From NCBI GenBank assembly GCA_964016885.1, contig OZ024741.1, forward strand, positions 246,884,001 through 246,948,000: 64,000 bases of DNA, read 5' to 3'. How positions within the stretch are numbered: position 1 is the first letter of the stretch; each line of letters starts with the position of its first letter. The notes below the pieces were generated by a model, which was not told the DNA's origin, did no database searches, and worked only from the letters and a program-made list of their open reading frames with translations. The stretch comes from Eledone cirrhosa (Eukaryota). This document shows, one piece after another, positions 23,401 through 39,099 of the stretch. A program made the position numbers and the translations under genes.

Positions 23401-26400
23401 CAAATTATCTCCGCCTGATTTTTTTAAATATTATCTCTCCTTGGCTGGCGGGAAATTATCTCCCCTTGGACGGCTGGAAATTATCTCCCCTTGGAAGGAT
23501 GGAAATTATCTCCCCTTGGACGGCTGGAAATTATCTACCCCTGATTTTTTTTACAAATTATCTCCCCCTGATTTTTTTACAAATTATCTCCCCCTGATTT
23601 TTTTTACAAATTATCTCCGCCTGATTTTTTTAAATGTTATCTCTCCTTGGCTGGCGGGAAATTATCTCCCCTTGGACGGCTGGAAATTATCTCCCCTTGG
23701 AAGGATGGAAATTATCTCCCCTTGGACGGCTGAAAATTATCTACCCCTGATTTTTTTTACAAATTATCTCCCCCTGATTTTTTTACAAATTATCTCCCCC
23801 TGATTTTTTTTACAAATTATCTACCCCTGATTTTTTTTACAAATTATCTCCCCCTGATTTTTTTTACAAATTATCTCCCCCTGATTTTTTTTTTACAAAT
23901 TATCTCCCCCTGATTTTTTTACAAATTATCTCCCCCTGATTTTTTTTTTACAAATTATCTCCCCCTGATTTTTTTACAAATTATCTCCCCTTGGCTGGCT
24001 GGAAATTATCTCCCCTTGGAGGCTGGAACTTATCTCCCCTTGGACGGCTAGAAATTACCTCTCCTTGGACGGCTGGAAAATATGTCTCCTTGGACGGCTG
24101 GATATTATCTCCCCTTGGACGGCTGGAAATTATCTCCCCTTGGACGGCTGGAAATTATCTCCCCTTGGATGGCTAGATATTACCTCCCCTTGGACGGCTG
24201 GAAATTATCTCCCCTTGATTTTTTTACAAATTATCTCCCCCTGATTTTTTTTTACAAATTATCTCCCCCTGATTTTTTTTTACAAATTATCTACCCATGA
24301 TTTTTTTACAAATTATCTCCCCCTGATTTTTTTTACAAATTATCTCCCCCTGATTTTTTTTTACAAATTATCTCCCCCTGATTTTTTTACAAATTATCTC
24401 CCTCTGATTTTTTTTACAAATTATCTCCGCCTGATTTTTTTAAATATTATCTCTCCTTGGCTGGCGGGAAATTATCTCCCCTTGGACGGCTGGAAATTAT
24501 CTCCCCTTGGAAGGATGGAAATTATCTCCCCTTGGACGGCTGGAAATTATCTACCCCTGATTTTTTTTACAAATTATCTCCCCCTGATTTTTTTACAAAT
24601 TATCTCCCCCTGATTTTTTTTACAAATTATCTCCGCCTGATTTTTTTAAATGTTATCTCTCCTTGGCTGGCGGGAAATTATCTCCCCTTGGACGGCTGGA
24701 AATTATCTCCCCTTGGAAGGATGGAAATTATCTCCCCTTGGACGGCTGAAAATTATCTACCCCTGATTTTTTTTACAAATTATCTCCCCCTGATTTTTTT
24801 TACAAATTATCTCCCCCTGATTTTTTTTACAAATTATCTACCCCTGATTTTTTTTACAAATTATCTCCCCCTGATTTTTTTACAAATTATCTCCCCCTGA
24901 TTTTTTTTACAAATTATCTACCCCTGATTTTTTTTACAAATTATCTCCCCCTGATTTTTTTTACAAATTATCTCCCCCTGATTTTTTTTTTACAAATTAT
25001 CTCCCCCTGATTTTTTTACAAATTATCTCCCCCTGATTTTTTTTTTACAAATTATCTCCCCCTGATTTTTTTACAAATTATCTCCCCTTGGCTGGCTGGA
25101 AATTATCTCCCCTTGGAGGCTGGAACTTATCTCCCCTTGGACGGCTAGAAATTACCTCTCCTTGGACGGCTGGAAAATATGTCTCCTTGGACGGCTGGAT
25201 ATTATCTCCCCTTGGACGGCTGGAAATTATCTCCCCTTGGACGGCTGGAAATTATCTCCCCTTGGATGGCTAGATATTACCTCCCCTTGGACGGCTGGAA
25301 ATTATCTCCCCTTGATTTTTTTACAAATTATCTCCCCCTGATTTTTTTTTACAAATTATCTCCCCCTGATTTTTTTTTACAAATTATCTACCCATGATTT
25401 TTTTTTACAAATTATCTCCCCCTGATTTTTTTTACAAATTATCTGCCCCTGATTTTTTTTTACAAATTATCTCCCCCTGATTTTTTTACAAATTATCTCC
25501 CTCTGATTTTTTTTACAAATTATCTCCGCCTGATTTTTTTAAATATTATCTCTCCTTGGCTGGCGGGAAATTATCTCCCCTTGGACGGCTGGAAATTATC
25601 TCCCCTTGGAAGGATGGAAATTATCTCCCCTTGGACGGCTGGAAATTATCTACCCCTGATTTTTTTTACAAATTATCTCCCCCTGATTTTTTTACAAATT
25701 ATCTCCCCCTGATTTTTTTTACAAATTATCTCCGCCTGATTTTTTTAAATGTTATCTCTCCTTGGCTGGCGGGAAATTATCTCCCCTTGGACGGCTGGAA
25801 ATTATCTCCCCTTGGAAGGATGGAAATTATCTCCCCTTGGACGGCTGAAAATTATCTACCCCTGATTTTTTTTACAAATTATCTCCCCCTGATTTTTTTT
25901 ACAAATTATCTCCCCCTGATTTTTTTTTTACAAATTATCTCCCCCTGATTTTTTTACAAATTATCTCCCCCTGATTTTTTTTTTACAAATTATCTCCCCC
26001 TGATTTTTTTACAAATTATCTCCCCTTGGCTGGCTGGAAATTATCTCCCCTTGGAGGCTGGAACTTATCTCCCCTTGGACGGCTAGAAATTACCTCTCCT
26101 TGGACGGCTGGAAAATATGTCTCCTTGGACGGCTGGATATTATCTCCCCTTGGACGGCTGGAAATTATCTCCCCTTGGACGGCTGGAAATTATCTCCCCT
26201 TGGATGGCTAGATATTACCTCCCCTTGGACGGCTGGAAATTATCTCCCCTTGATTTTTTTTACAAATTATCTCCCCCTGATTTTTTTTTACAAATTATCT
26301 CCCCCTGATTTTTTTTTACAAATTATCTCCCCCTGATTTTTGTTTACAAATTATCTCCGCCTGATTTTTTAAAAAAAATTATCTCCCCTTGGACGGCTGG

Positions 26401-29400
26401 AAATTATCTCCCCTTGGACGGCTAGAAATTACCTCTCCTTGGACGGCTGAAAATTATCTCCCCTTGGACGGCTGGAAATTATCTCCCCTTGATTTTTTTA
26501 CAAATTATCTCCCCCTGATTTTTTTTTACAAATTATCTACCCCTGATTTTTTTTTACAAATTATCTCCCCCTGATTTTTTTTACAAATTATCTCCCCCTG
26601 ATTTTTTTTTACAAATTATCTCCCCCTGATTTTTTTACAAATTATCTCCCTCTGATTTTTTTTACAAATTATCTCCGCCTGATTTTTTTAAATATTATCT
26701 CTCCTTGGCTGGCGGGAAATTATCTCCCCTTGGACGGCTGGAAATTATCTCCCCTTGGAAGGATGGAAATTATCTCCCCTTGGACGGCTGGAAATTATCT
26801 ACCCCTGATTTTTTTTACAAATTATCTCCCCCTGATTTTTTTACAAATTATCTCCCCCTGATTTTTTTTACAAATTATCTCCGCCTGATTTTTTTAAATG
26901 TTATCTCTCCTTGGCTGGCGGGAAATTATCTCCCCTTGGACGGCTGGAAATTATCTCCCCTTGGAAGGATGGAAATTATCTCCCCTTGGACGGCTGAAAA
27001 TTATCTACCCCTGATTTTTTTTACAAATTATCTCCCCCTGATTTTTTTACAAATTATCTCCCCCTGATTTTTTTTACAAATTATCTACCCCTGATTTTTT
27101 TTACAAATTATCTCCCCCTGATTTTTTTTACAAATTATCTCCCCCTGATTTTTTTTTTACAAATTATCTCCCCCTGATTTTTTTACAAATTATCTCCCCC
27201 TGATTTTTTTTTTACAAATTATCTCCCCCTGATTTTTTTACAAATTATCTCCCCTTGGCTGGCTGGAAATTATCTCCCCTTGGAGGCTGGAACTTATCTC
27301 CCCTTGGACGGCTAGAAATTACCTCTCCTTGGACGGCTGGAAAATATGTCTCCTTGGACGGCTGGATATTATCTCCCCTTGGACGGCTGGAAATTATCTC
27401 CCCTTGGACGGCTGGAAATTATCTCCCCTTGGATGGCTAGATATTACCTCCCCTTGGACGGCTGGAAATTATCTCCCCTTGATTTTTTTACAAATTATCT
27501 CCCCCTGATTTTTTTTTACAAATTATCTCCCCCTGATTTTTTTTTACAAATTATCTACCCATGATTTTTTTTTACAAATTATCTCCCCCTGATTTTTTTT
27601 ACAAATTATCTCCCCCTGATTTTTTTTTACAAATTATCTCCCCCTGATTTTTTTACAAATTATCTCCCTCTGATTTTTTTTACAAATTATCTCCGCCTGA
27701 TTTTTTTAAATATTATCTCTCCTTGGCTGGCGGGAAATTATCTCCCCTTGGACGGCTGGAAATTATCTCCCCTTGGAAGGATGGAAATTATCTCCCCTTG
27801 GACGGCTGGAAATTATCTACCCCTGATTTTTTTTACAAATTATCTCCCTCTGATTTTTTTACAAATTATCTCCCCCTGATTTTTTTTACAAATTATCTCC
27901 GCCTGATTTTTTTAAATGTTATCTCTCCTTGGCTGGCGGGAAATTATCTCCCCTTGGACGGCTGGAAATTATCTCCCCTTGGAAGGATGGAAATTATCTC
28001 CCCTTGGACGGCTGAAAATTATCTACCCCTGATTTTTTTTACAAATTATCTCCCCCTGATTTTTTTTTACAAATTATCTCCCCCTGATTTTTTTTACAAA
28101 TTATCTACCCCTGATTTTTTTTACAAATTATCTCCCCCTGATTTTTTTTACAAATTATCTCCCCCTGATTTTTTTTTTACAAATTATCTCCCCCTGATTT
28201 TTTTACAAATTATCTCCCCCTGATTTTTTTTTTACAAATTATCTCCCCCTGATTTTTTTACAAATTATCTCCCCTTGGCTGGCTGGAAATTATCTCCCCT
28301 TGGAGGCTGGAACTTATCTCCCCTTGGACGGCTAGAAATTACCTCTCCTTGGACGGCTGGAAAATATGTCTCCTTGGACGGCTGGATATTATCTCCCCTT
28401 GGACGGCTGGAAATTATCTCCCCTTGGACGGCTGGAAATTATCTCCCCTTGGATGGCTAGATATTACCTCCCCTTGGACGGCTGGAAATTATCTCCCCTT
28501 GATTTTTTTTACAAATTATCTCCCCCTGATTTTTTTTTACAAATTATCTCCCCCTGATTTTTTTTTACAAATTATCTCCCCCTGATTTTTGTTTACAAAT
28601 TATCTCCGCCTGATTTTTTAAAAAAAATTATCTCCCCTTGGACGGCTGGAAATTATCTCCCCTTGGACGGCTAGAAATTACCTCTCCTTGGACGGCTGAA
28701 AATTATCTCCCCTTGGACGGCTGGAAATTATCTCCCCTTGATTTTTTTACAAATTATCTCCCCCTGATTTTTTTTTTACAAATTATCTCCCCCTGATTTT
28801 TTTTTACAAATTATCTACCCCTGATTTTTTTTACAAATTATCTCCCCCTGATTTTTTTTACAAATTATCTCCCCCTGATTTTTTTTTACAAATTATCTCC
28901 GCCTGATTTTTTTAAATATTATCTCTCCTTGGCTGGCGGGAAATTATCTCCCCTTGGACGGCTGGAAATTATCTCCCCTTGGAAGGATGGAAATGATCTC
29001 CCCTTGGACGGCTGAAAATTATCTACCCCTGATTTTTTTTACAAATTATCTCCCCCTGATTTTTTTTACAAATTATCTCCCCCTGATTTTTTTTACAAAT
29101 TATCTACCCCTGATTTTTTCTACAAATTATCTCCCCCTGATTTTTTTTACAAATTATCTCCCCCTGATTTTTTTTTTACAAATTATCTCCCCCTGATTTT
29201 TTTTTACAAATTATCTACCCCTGATTTTTTTTTACAAATTATCTACCCCTGATTTTTTTTTACAAATTATCTCCCCCTGATTTTTTTTACAAATTATCTC
29301 CCCCTGATTTTTTTTTACAAATTATCTACATCTGATTTTTTTACAAATTATCTCCCCTTGGCTGGCTGGAAATTATCTCCCCTTTGACGGCTAGAAATTA

Positions 29401-30750
29401 CCTCTCCTTGGACGGCTGAAAATTATCTCCCCTTGGACGGCTGGAAATTATCTCCCCTTGATTTTTTTACAAATTATCTCCCCCTGATTTTTTTTTACAA
29501 ATTATCTCCCCCTGATTTTTTTTTACAAATTATCTACCCCTGATTTTTTTTTACAAATTATCTCCCCTTGATTTTTTTTACAAATTATCTCCCCCTGATT
29601 TTTTTTTACAAATTATCTCCCCCTGATTTTTTTTTACAAATTATCTCCCCCTGATTTTTGTTTACAAATTATCTACCCCTGATTTTTTTTTACAAATTAT
29701 CTCCCCCTGATTTTTTTAAATGTTATCTCTCCTTGGCTGGCGGGAAATTATCTCCCCTTGGACGGCTGGAAATTATCTCCCCTTGGAAGGATGGAAATTA
29801 TCTCCCCTTGGACGGCTGAAAATTATCTACCCCTGATTTTTTTTACAAATTATCTCCCCCTGATTTTTTTACAAATTATCTCCGCCTGATTTTTTTAAAT
29901 GTTATCTCTCCTTGGCTGGCGGGAAATTATCTCCCCTTGGACGGCTGGAAATTATCTCCCCTTGGAAGGATGGAAATTATCTCCCCTTGGACGGCTGAAA
30001 ATTATCTACCCCTGATTTTTTTTACAAATTATCTCCCCCTGATTTTTTTTACAAATTATCTCCCCCTGATTTTTTTTACAAATTATCTACCCCTGATTTT
30101 TTTTACAAATTATCTCCCCCTGATTTTTTTTACAAATTATCTCCCCCTGATTTTTTTTTACAAATTATCTCCCCCTGATTTTTTTTTACAAATTATCTCC
30201 GCCTGATTTTTTTTACAAATTATCTCCGCCTGATTTTTTTAAATATTATCTCTCCTTGGCTGGCGGGAAATTATCTCCCCTTGGACGGCTGGAAATTATC
30301 TCCCCTTGGAAGGATGGAAATTATCTCCCCTTGGACGGCTGGAAATTATCTACCCCTGATTTTTTTTACAAATTATCTCCCCCTGATTTTTTTACAAATT
30401 ATCTCCCCCTGATTTTTTTTACAAATTATCTCCGCCTGATTTTTTTAAATGTTATCTCTCCTTGGCTGGCGGGAAATTATCTCCCCTTGGACGGCTGGAA
30501 ATTATCTCCCCTTGGAAGGATGGAAATTATCTCCCCTTGGACGGCTGAAAATTATCTACCCCTGATTTTTTTTACAAATTATCTCCCCCTGATTTTTTTT
30601 ACAAATTATCTCCCCCTGATTTTTTTTACAAATTATCTACCCCTGATTTTTTCTACAAATTATCTCCCCCTGATTTTTTTTACAAATTATCTCCCCCTGA
30701 TTTTTTTTTTACAAATTATCTCCCCCTGATTTTTTTACAAATTATCTCCC
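20450..30750 (+). repeat. ~10.3 kb segment duplicated at ~52230-62500
   Basis: Offsets of 31,631-31,836 across more than 15 consecutive ORF landmarks. Private variants are CTCACCTTGG x2 (~21146, 21171 / ~52982, 53007), TATCACCCCC, CTACCCATGA x3 and AAATGATCTC (28991/60757). Confidence 0.9.
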
Positions 30751-32874
30751 CCTGATTTTTTTTTACAAATTATCTCCCCCTGATTTTTTTACAAATTATC
30801 TCCCCTTGGCTGGCTGGAAATTATCTCCCGTTGGAGGCTGGAACTTATCTCCCCTTGGACGGCTAGAAATTACCTCTCCTTGGACGGCTGGAAAATATGT
30901 CTCCTTGGACGGCTGGATATTATCTCCCCTTGGACGGCTGGAAATTATCTCCCCTTGGACGGCTGGAAATTATCTCCCCTTGGATGGCTAGATATTACCT
31001 CCCCTTGGACGGCTGGAAATTATCTCCCCTTGATTTTTTTTACAAATTATCTCCCCCTGATTTTTTTTTACAAATTATCTCCCCCTGATTTTTTTTTACA
31101 AATTATCTCCCCCTGATTTTTGTTTACAAATTATCTCCGCCTGATTTTTTTAAAAAAATTATCTCCCCTTGGACGGCTGGAAATTATCTCCCCTTGGACG
31201 GCTAGAAATTACCTCCTTGGACGGCTGAAAATTATCTCCCCTTGGACGGCTGGAAATTATCTCCCCTTGATTTTTTTACAAATTATCTCCCCCTGATTTT
31301 TTTTTTACAAATTATCTCCCCCTGATTTTTTTTAAAAATTATCTACCCCTGATTTTTTTTTACAAATTATCTCCCCCTGATTTTTTTTACAAATTATCTC
31401 CCCTGATTTTTTTTTACAAATTATATCCTCCTGATTTTTTTACAAATTATCTCCCCCTGATTTTTTTTACAAATTATCTCCGCCTGATTTTTTTAAATAT
31501 TATCTCTCCTTGGCTGGCGGGAAATTATCTCCCCTTGGACGGCTGGAAATTATCTCCCCTTGGAAGGATGGAAATTATCTCCCCTTGGACGGCTGGAAAT
31601 TATCTACCCCTGATTTTTTTTACAAATTATCTCCCCCTGATTTTTTTACAAATTATCTCCGCCTGATTTTTTTAAATGTTATCTCTCCTTGGCTGGCGGG
31701 AAATTATCTCCCCTTGGACGGCTGGAAATTATCTCCCCTTGGAAGGATGGAAATTATCTCCCCTTGGACGGCTGGAAATTATGTACCCCTGATTTTTTTT
31801 TACAAATTATCTCCCCCTGATTTTTTTTACAAATTATCTCCCCCTGATTTTTTTTTACAAATTATCTACCCCTGATTTTTTTACAAATTATCTCCCCTTG
31901 GCTGGCTGGAAATTATCTCCCCTTGGACGGCTAGAAATTACCTCTCCTTGGACGGCTGAAAATTATCTCCCCTTGGACGGCTGGAAATTATCTCCCCTTG
32001 ATTTTTTTACAAATTATCTCCCCCTGATTTTTTTTTTACAAATTATCTCCCCCTGATTTTTTTTTACAAATTATCTACCCCTGATTTTTTTTTACAAATT
32101 ATCTCCCCTTGATTTTTTTTACAAATTATCTCCCCCTGATTTTTTTTACAAATTATCTCCCCCTGATTTTTTTTTACAAATTATCTCCCCCTGATTTTTG
32201 TTTACAAATTATCTCCGCCTGATTTTTTTAAAAAAATTATCTCCCCTTGGACGGCTGGAAATTATCTCCCCTTGGACGGCTAGAAATTACCTCTCCTTGG
32301 ACGGCTGAAAATTATCTCCCCTTGGACGGCTGGAAATTATCTCCCCTTGATTTTTTTACAAATTATCTCCGCCTGATTTTTTTTTTACAAATTATCTCCC
32401 CCTGATTTTTTTTTACAAATTATCTCCCCCTGATTTTTTTTTACAAATTATCTCCCCCTGATTTTTTTTTACAAATTATCTCCCCCTAATTTTTTTACAA
32501 ATTATCTCCCCTTGGCTGGCTGGAAATTATCTCCCCTTGGAGGCTGGAACTTATCTCCCCTTGGACGGCTAGAAATTACGTCTCCTTGGACGGCTGGAAA
32601 ATATGTCTCCTTGGACGGCTGGATATTATCTCCCCTTGGACGGCTGGAAATTATCTCCCCTTGGACGGCTGGAAATTATCTCCCCTTGGATGGCTAGATA
32701 TTACCTCCCCTTGGACGGCTGGAAATTATCTCCCCTTGATTTTTTTTACAAATTATCTCCCCCTGATTTTTTTTTACAAATTATCTCCCCCTGATTTTTT
32801 TTTACAAATTATCTCCCCCTGATTTTTGTTTACAAATTATCTCCGCCTGATTTTTTTAAAAAAATTATCTCCCC

Positions 32875-35800
32875 TTGGACGGCTGGAAATTATCTCCCCT
32901 TGGACGGCTAGAAATTACCTCTCCTTGGACGGCTGAAAATTATCTCCCCTTGGACGGCTGGAAATTATCTCCCCTTGATTTTTTTACAAATTATCTCCCC
33001 CTGATTTTTTTTTACAAATTATCTCCCCCTGATTTTTTTTTACAAATTATCTACCCCTGATTTTTTTTTACAAATTATCTCCCCCTGATTTTTTTTACAA
33101 ATTATCTCCCCCTGATTTTTTTTTACAAATTATCTCCCCCTGATTTTTTTACAAATTATCTCCCCCTGATTTTTTTTACAAATTATCTCCGCCTGATTTT
33201 TTTAAATATTATCTCTCCTTGGCTGGCGGGAAATTATCTCCCCTTGGACGGCTGGAAATTATCTCTCCTTGGAAGGATGGAAATTATCTCCCCTTGGACG
33301 GCTGGAAATTATCTACCCCTGATTTTTTTTACAAATTATCTCCCCCTGATTTTTTTACAAATTATCTCCCCCTGATTTTTTTTACAAATTATCTCCGCCT
33401 GATTTTTTTAAATGTTATCTCTCCTTGGCTGGCGGGAAATTATCTCCCCTTGGACGGCTGGAAATTATCTCCCCTTGGAAGGATGGAAATTATCTCCCCT
33501 TGGAGGGCCGAAAATTATCTACCCCTGATTTTTTTTACAAATTATCTCCCCCTGATTTTTTTTACAAATTATCTCCCCCTGATTTTTTTTACAAATTATC
33601 TACCCCTGATTTTTTTTACAAATTATCTCCCCCGGATTTTTTTTACAAATTATCTCCCCCTGATTTTTTTTTTACAAATTATCTCCCCCTGATTTTTTTA
33701 CAAATTATCTCCCCCTGATTTTTTTTTTACAAATTATCTCCCCCTGATTTTTTTACAAATTATCTCCCCTTGGCTGGCTGGAAATTATCTCCCCTTGGAG
33801 GCAGGAACTTATCTCCCCTTGGACGGCTAGAAATTACCTCTCCTTGGACGGCTGGAAAATATGTCTCCTTGGACGGCTGGATATTATCTCCCCTTGGACG
33901 GCTGGAAATTATCTCCCCTTGGACGGCTGGAAATTATCTACCCCTGATTTTTTTTACAAATTATCTCCCCCTGATTTTTTTTACAAATTATCTCCCCCTG
34001 ATTTTTTTTTACAAATTATCTACCCCTGATTTTTTTACAAATTATCTCCCCTTGGCTGGCTGGAAATTATCTCCCCTTGGACGGCTAGAAATTACCTCTC
34101 CTTGGACGGCTGAAAATTATCTCCCCTTGGACGGCTGGAAATTATCTCCCCTTGATTTTTTTACAAATTATCTCCCCCTGATTTTTTTTTTACAAATTAT
34201 CTCCCCCTGATTTTTTTTTACAAATTATCTACCCCTGATTTTTTTTTACAAATTATCTCCCCTTGATTTTTTTTACAAATTATCTCCCCCTGATTTTTTT
34301 TACAAATTATCTCCCCCTGATTTTTTTTTACAAATTATCTCCCCCTGATTTTTGTTTACAAATTATCTCCGCCTGATTTTTTTTTTACAAATTATCTCCC
34401 CCTGATTTTTTTTTACAAATTATCTCCCCCTGATTTTTTTTTACAAATTATCTCCCCCTGATTTTTTTTTACAAATTATCTCCCCCTAATTTTTTTTTAC
34501 AAATTATCTCCCCCTAATTTTTTTACAAATTATCTCCCCTTGGCTGGCTGGAAATTATCTCCCCTTGATTTTTTTTACAAATTATCTCCCCCTGATTTTT
34601 TTTTACAAATTATCTCCCCCTGATTTTTTTTTACAAATTATCTCCCCCTAATTTTTTTTTACAAATTATCTCCCCCTAATTTTTTTACAAATTATCTCCC
34701 CTTGGCTGGCTGGAAATTATCTCCCCTTGGACGGCTGGAAATTATCTCCCCTTGGACGGCTAGAAATTACCTCTCCTTGGACGGCTGAAAATTATCTCCC
34801 CTTGGACGGCTGGAAATTATCTCCCCTTGATTTTTTTACAAATTATCTCCCCCTGATTTTTTTTTACAAATTATCTCCCCCTGATTTTTTTTTACAAATT
34901 ATCTACCCCTGATTTTTTTTTACAAATTATCTCCCCCTGATTTTTTTTACAAATTATCTACCCCTGATTTTTTTTTACAAATTATCTCCCCCTGATTTTT
35001 TTACAAATTATCTCCCCCTGATTTTTTTTACAAATTATCTCCGCCTGATTTTTTTAAATATTATCTCTCCTTGGCTGGCGGGAAATTATCTCCCCTTGGA
35101 CGGCTGGAAATTATCTCCCCTTGGAAGGATGGAAATTATCTCCCCTTGGACGGCTGGAAATTATCTACCCCTGATTTTTTTACAAATTATCTCCCCCTGA
35201 TTTTTTTTACAAATTATCTCCGCCTGATTTTTTTAAATGTTATCTCTCCTTGGCTGGCGGGAAATTATCTCCCCTTGGACGGCTGGAAATTATCTCCCCT
35301 TGGAAGGATGGAAATTATCTCCCCTTGGAGGGCCGAAAATTATCTACCCCTGATTTTTTTTACAAATTATCTCCCCCTGATTTTTTTTACAAATTATCTC
35401 CCCCTGATTTTTTTTACAAATTATCTACCCCTGATTTTTTTTACAAATTATCTCCCCCGGATTTTTTTTACAAATTATCTCCCCCTGATTTTTTTTTTAC
35501 AAATTATCTCCCCCTGATTTTTTTACAAATTATCTCCCCCTGATTTTTTTTTTACAAATTATCTCCCCCTGATTTTTTTACAAATTATCTCCCCTTGGCT
35601 GGCTGGAAATTATCTCCCCTTGGAGGCAGGAACTTATCTCCCCTTGGACGGCTAGAAATTACCTCTCCTTGGACGGCTGGAAAATATGTCTCCTTGGACG
35701 GCTGGATATTATCTCCCCTTGGACGGCTGGAAATTATCTCCCCTTGGACGGCTGGAAATTATCTACCCCTGATTTTTTTTACAAATTATCTCCCCCTGAT

Positions 35801-36560
35801 TTTTTTTACAAATTATCTCCCCCTGATTTTTTTTTACAAATTATCTACCCCTGATTTTTTTACAAATTATCTCCCCTTGGCTGGCTGGAAATTATCTCCC
35901 CTTGGACGGCTAGAAATTACCTCTCCTTGGACGGCTGAAAATTATCTCCCCTTGGACGGCTGGAAATTATCTCCCCTTGATTTTTTTACAAATTATCTCC
36001 CCCTGATTTTTTTTTTACAAATTATCTCCCCCTGATTTTTTTTTACAAATTATCTACCCCTGATTTTTTTTTACAAATTATCTCCCCTTGATTTTTTTTA
36101 CAAATTATCTCCCCCTGATTTTTTTTACAAATTATCTCCCCCTGATTTTTTTTTACAAATTATCTCCCCCTGATTTTTGTTTACAAATTATCTCCGCCTG
36201 ATTTTTTTTTTACAAATTATCTCCCCCTGATTTTTTTTTACAAATTATCTCCCCCTGATTTTTTTTTACAAATTATCTCCCCCTGATTTTTTTTTACAAA
36301 TTATCTCCCCCTAATTTTTTTTTACAAATTATCTCCCCCTAATTTTTTTACAAATTATCTCCCCTTGGCTGGCTGGAAATTATCTCCCCTTGATTTTTTT
36401 TACAAATTATCTCCCCCTGATTTTTTTTTACAAATTATCTCCCCCTGATTTTTTTTTACAAATTATCTCCCCCTAATTTTTTTTTACAAATTATCTCCCC
36501 CTAATTTTTTTACAAATTATCTCCCCTTGGCTGGCTGGAAATTATCTCCCCTTGGACGGC
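32875..36560 (+). repeat. Tandem duplication, period 1,825-1,852 bp
   Basis: ORF starts 32875/34727, 33219/35071, 33425/35250 and 33770/35595. Both copies carry GGAGGGCCGA, CCCCCGGA and GGAGGCAGG. Confidence 0.85.
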
Positions 36561-39099
36561 TGGAAATTATCTCCCCTTGGACGGCTGGAAATTATCTCCC
36601 CTTGGATGGCTAGATATTACCTCCCCTTGGACGGCTGGAAATTATCTCCCCTTGATTTTTTTTACAAATTATCTCCCCCTGATTTTTTTTTACAAATTAT
36701 CTCCCCCTGATTTTTTTTTACAAATTATCTCCCCCTGATTTTTGTTTACAAATTATCTCCGCCTGATTTTTTTAAAAAAATTATCTCCCCTTGGACGGCT
36801 GGAAATTATCTCCCCTTGGACGGCTAGAAATTACCTCTCCTTGGACGGCTGAAAATTATCTCCCCTTGGACGGCTGGAAATTATCTCCCCTTGATTTTTT
36901 TACAAATTATCTCCCCCTGATTTTTTTTTTACAAATTATCTCCCCCTGATTTTTTTTACAAATTATCTACCCCTGATTTTTTTTACAAATTATCTCCCCC
37001 TGATTTTTTTTACAAATTATCTCCCCCTGATTTTTTTTTACAAATTATCTCCCCCTGATTTTTTTACAAATTATCTCCCCCTGATTTTTTTTACAAATTA
37101 TCTCCGCCTGATTTTTTTAGATATTATCTCTCCTTGGCTGGCGGGAAATTATCTCCCCTTGGACGGCTGGAAATTATCTCCCCTTGGAAGGATGGAAATT
37201 ATCTCCCCTTGGACGGCTGGAAATTATCTACCCCTGATTTTTTTTACAAATTATCTCCCCCTGATTTTTTTACAAATTATCTCCCCCTGATTTTTTTTAC
37301 AAATTATCTCCGCCTGATTTTTTTAAATGTTATCTCTCCTTGGCTGGCGGGAAATTATCTCCCCTTGGACGGCTGGAAATTATCTCCCCTTGGAAGGATG
37401 GAAATTATCTCCCCTTGGACGGCTGAAAATTATCTACCCCTGATTTTTTTTACAAATTATCTCCCCCTGATTTTTTTTACAAATTATCTCCCCCTGATTT
37501 TTTTTACAAATTATCTACCCCTGATTTTTTCTACAAATTATCTCCCCCTGATTTTTTTTACAAATTATCTCCCCCTGATTTTTTTTTTACAAATTATCTC
37601 CCCCTGATTTTTTTACAAATTATCTCCCCCTGATTTTTTTTTACAAATTATCTCCCCCTGATTTTTTTACAAATTATCTCCCCTTGGCTGGCTGGAAATT
37701 ATCTCCCCTTGGAGGCTGGAACTTATCTCCCCTTGGACGGCTAGAAATTACCTCTCCTTGGACGGCTGGAAAATATGTCTCCTTGGACGGCTGGATATTA
37801 TCTCCCCTTGGACGGCTGGAAATTATCTCCCCTTGGACGGCTGGAAATTATCTCCGCTTGGATGGCTAGATATTACCTCCCCTTGGACGGCTGGAAATTA
37901 TCTCCCCTTGATTTTTTTTACAAATTATCTCCCCCTGATTTTTTTTTACAAATTATCTCCCCCTGATTTTTTTTTACAAATTATCTCCCCCTGATTTTTG
38001 TTTACAAATTATCTCCGCCTGATTTTTTAAAAAAAATTATCTCCCCTTGGACGGCTGGAAATTATCTCCCCTTGGACGGCTAGAAATTACCTCCTTGGAC
38101 GGCTGAAAATTATCTCCCCTTGGACGGCTGGAAATTATCTCCCCTTGATTTTTTTACAAATTATCTCCCCCTGATTTTTTTTTTACAAATTATCTCCCCC
38201 TGATTTTTTTTACAAATTATCTACCCCTGATTTTTTTTTACAAATTATCTCCCCCTGATTTTTTTTACAAATTATCTCCCCTGATTTTTTTTTACAAATT
38301 ATCTCCCCCTGATTTTTTTACAAATTATCTCCCCCTGATTTTTTTACAAATTATCTCCGCCTGATTTTTTTAAATATTATCTCTCCTTGGCTGGCGGGAA
38401 ATTATCTCCCCTTGGACGGCTGGAAATTATCTCCCCTTGGAAGGATGGAAATTATCTCCCCTTGGACGGCTGGAAATTATCTACCCCTGATTTTTTTTAC
38501 AAATTATCTCCCCCTGATTTTTTTACAAATTATCTCCGCCTGATTTTTTTAAATGTTATCTCTCCTTGGCTGGCGGGAAATTATCTCCCCTTGGACGGCT
38601 GGAAATTATCTCCCCTTGGAAGGATGGAAATTATCTCCCCTTGGACGGCTGGAAATTATCTACCCCTGATTTTTTTTACAAATTATCTCCCCCTGATTTT
38701 TTTTACAAATTATCTCCCCCTGATTTTTTTTTACAAATTATCTACCCCTGATTTTTTTACAAATTATCTCCCCTTGGCTGGCTGGAAATTATCTCCCCTT
38801 GGACGGCTAGAAATTACCTCTCCTTGGACGGCTGAAAATTATCTCCCCTTGGATGGCTGGAAATTATCTCCCCTTGATTTTTTTACAAATTATCTCCCCC
38901 TGATTTTTTTTTTACAAATTATCTCCCCCTGATTTTTTTTACAAATTATCTACCCCTGATTTTTTTTTACAAATTATCTCCCCTTGATTTTTTTTACAAA
39001 TTATGTCCCCCTGATTTTTTTTACAAATTATCTCCCCCTGATTTTTTTTTACAAATTATCTCCCCCTGATTTTTGTTTACAAATTATCTCCGCCTGATT

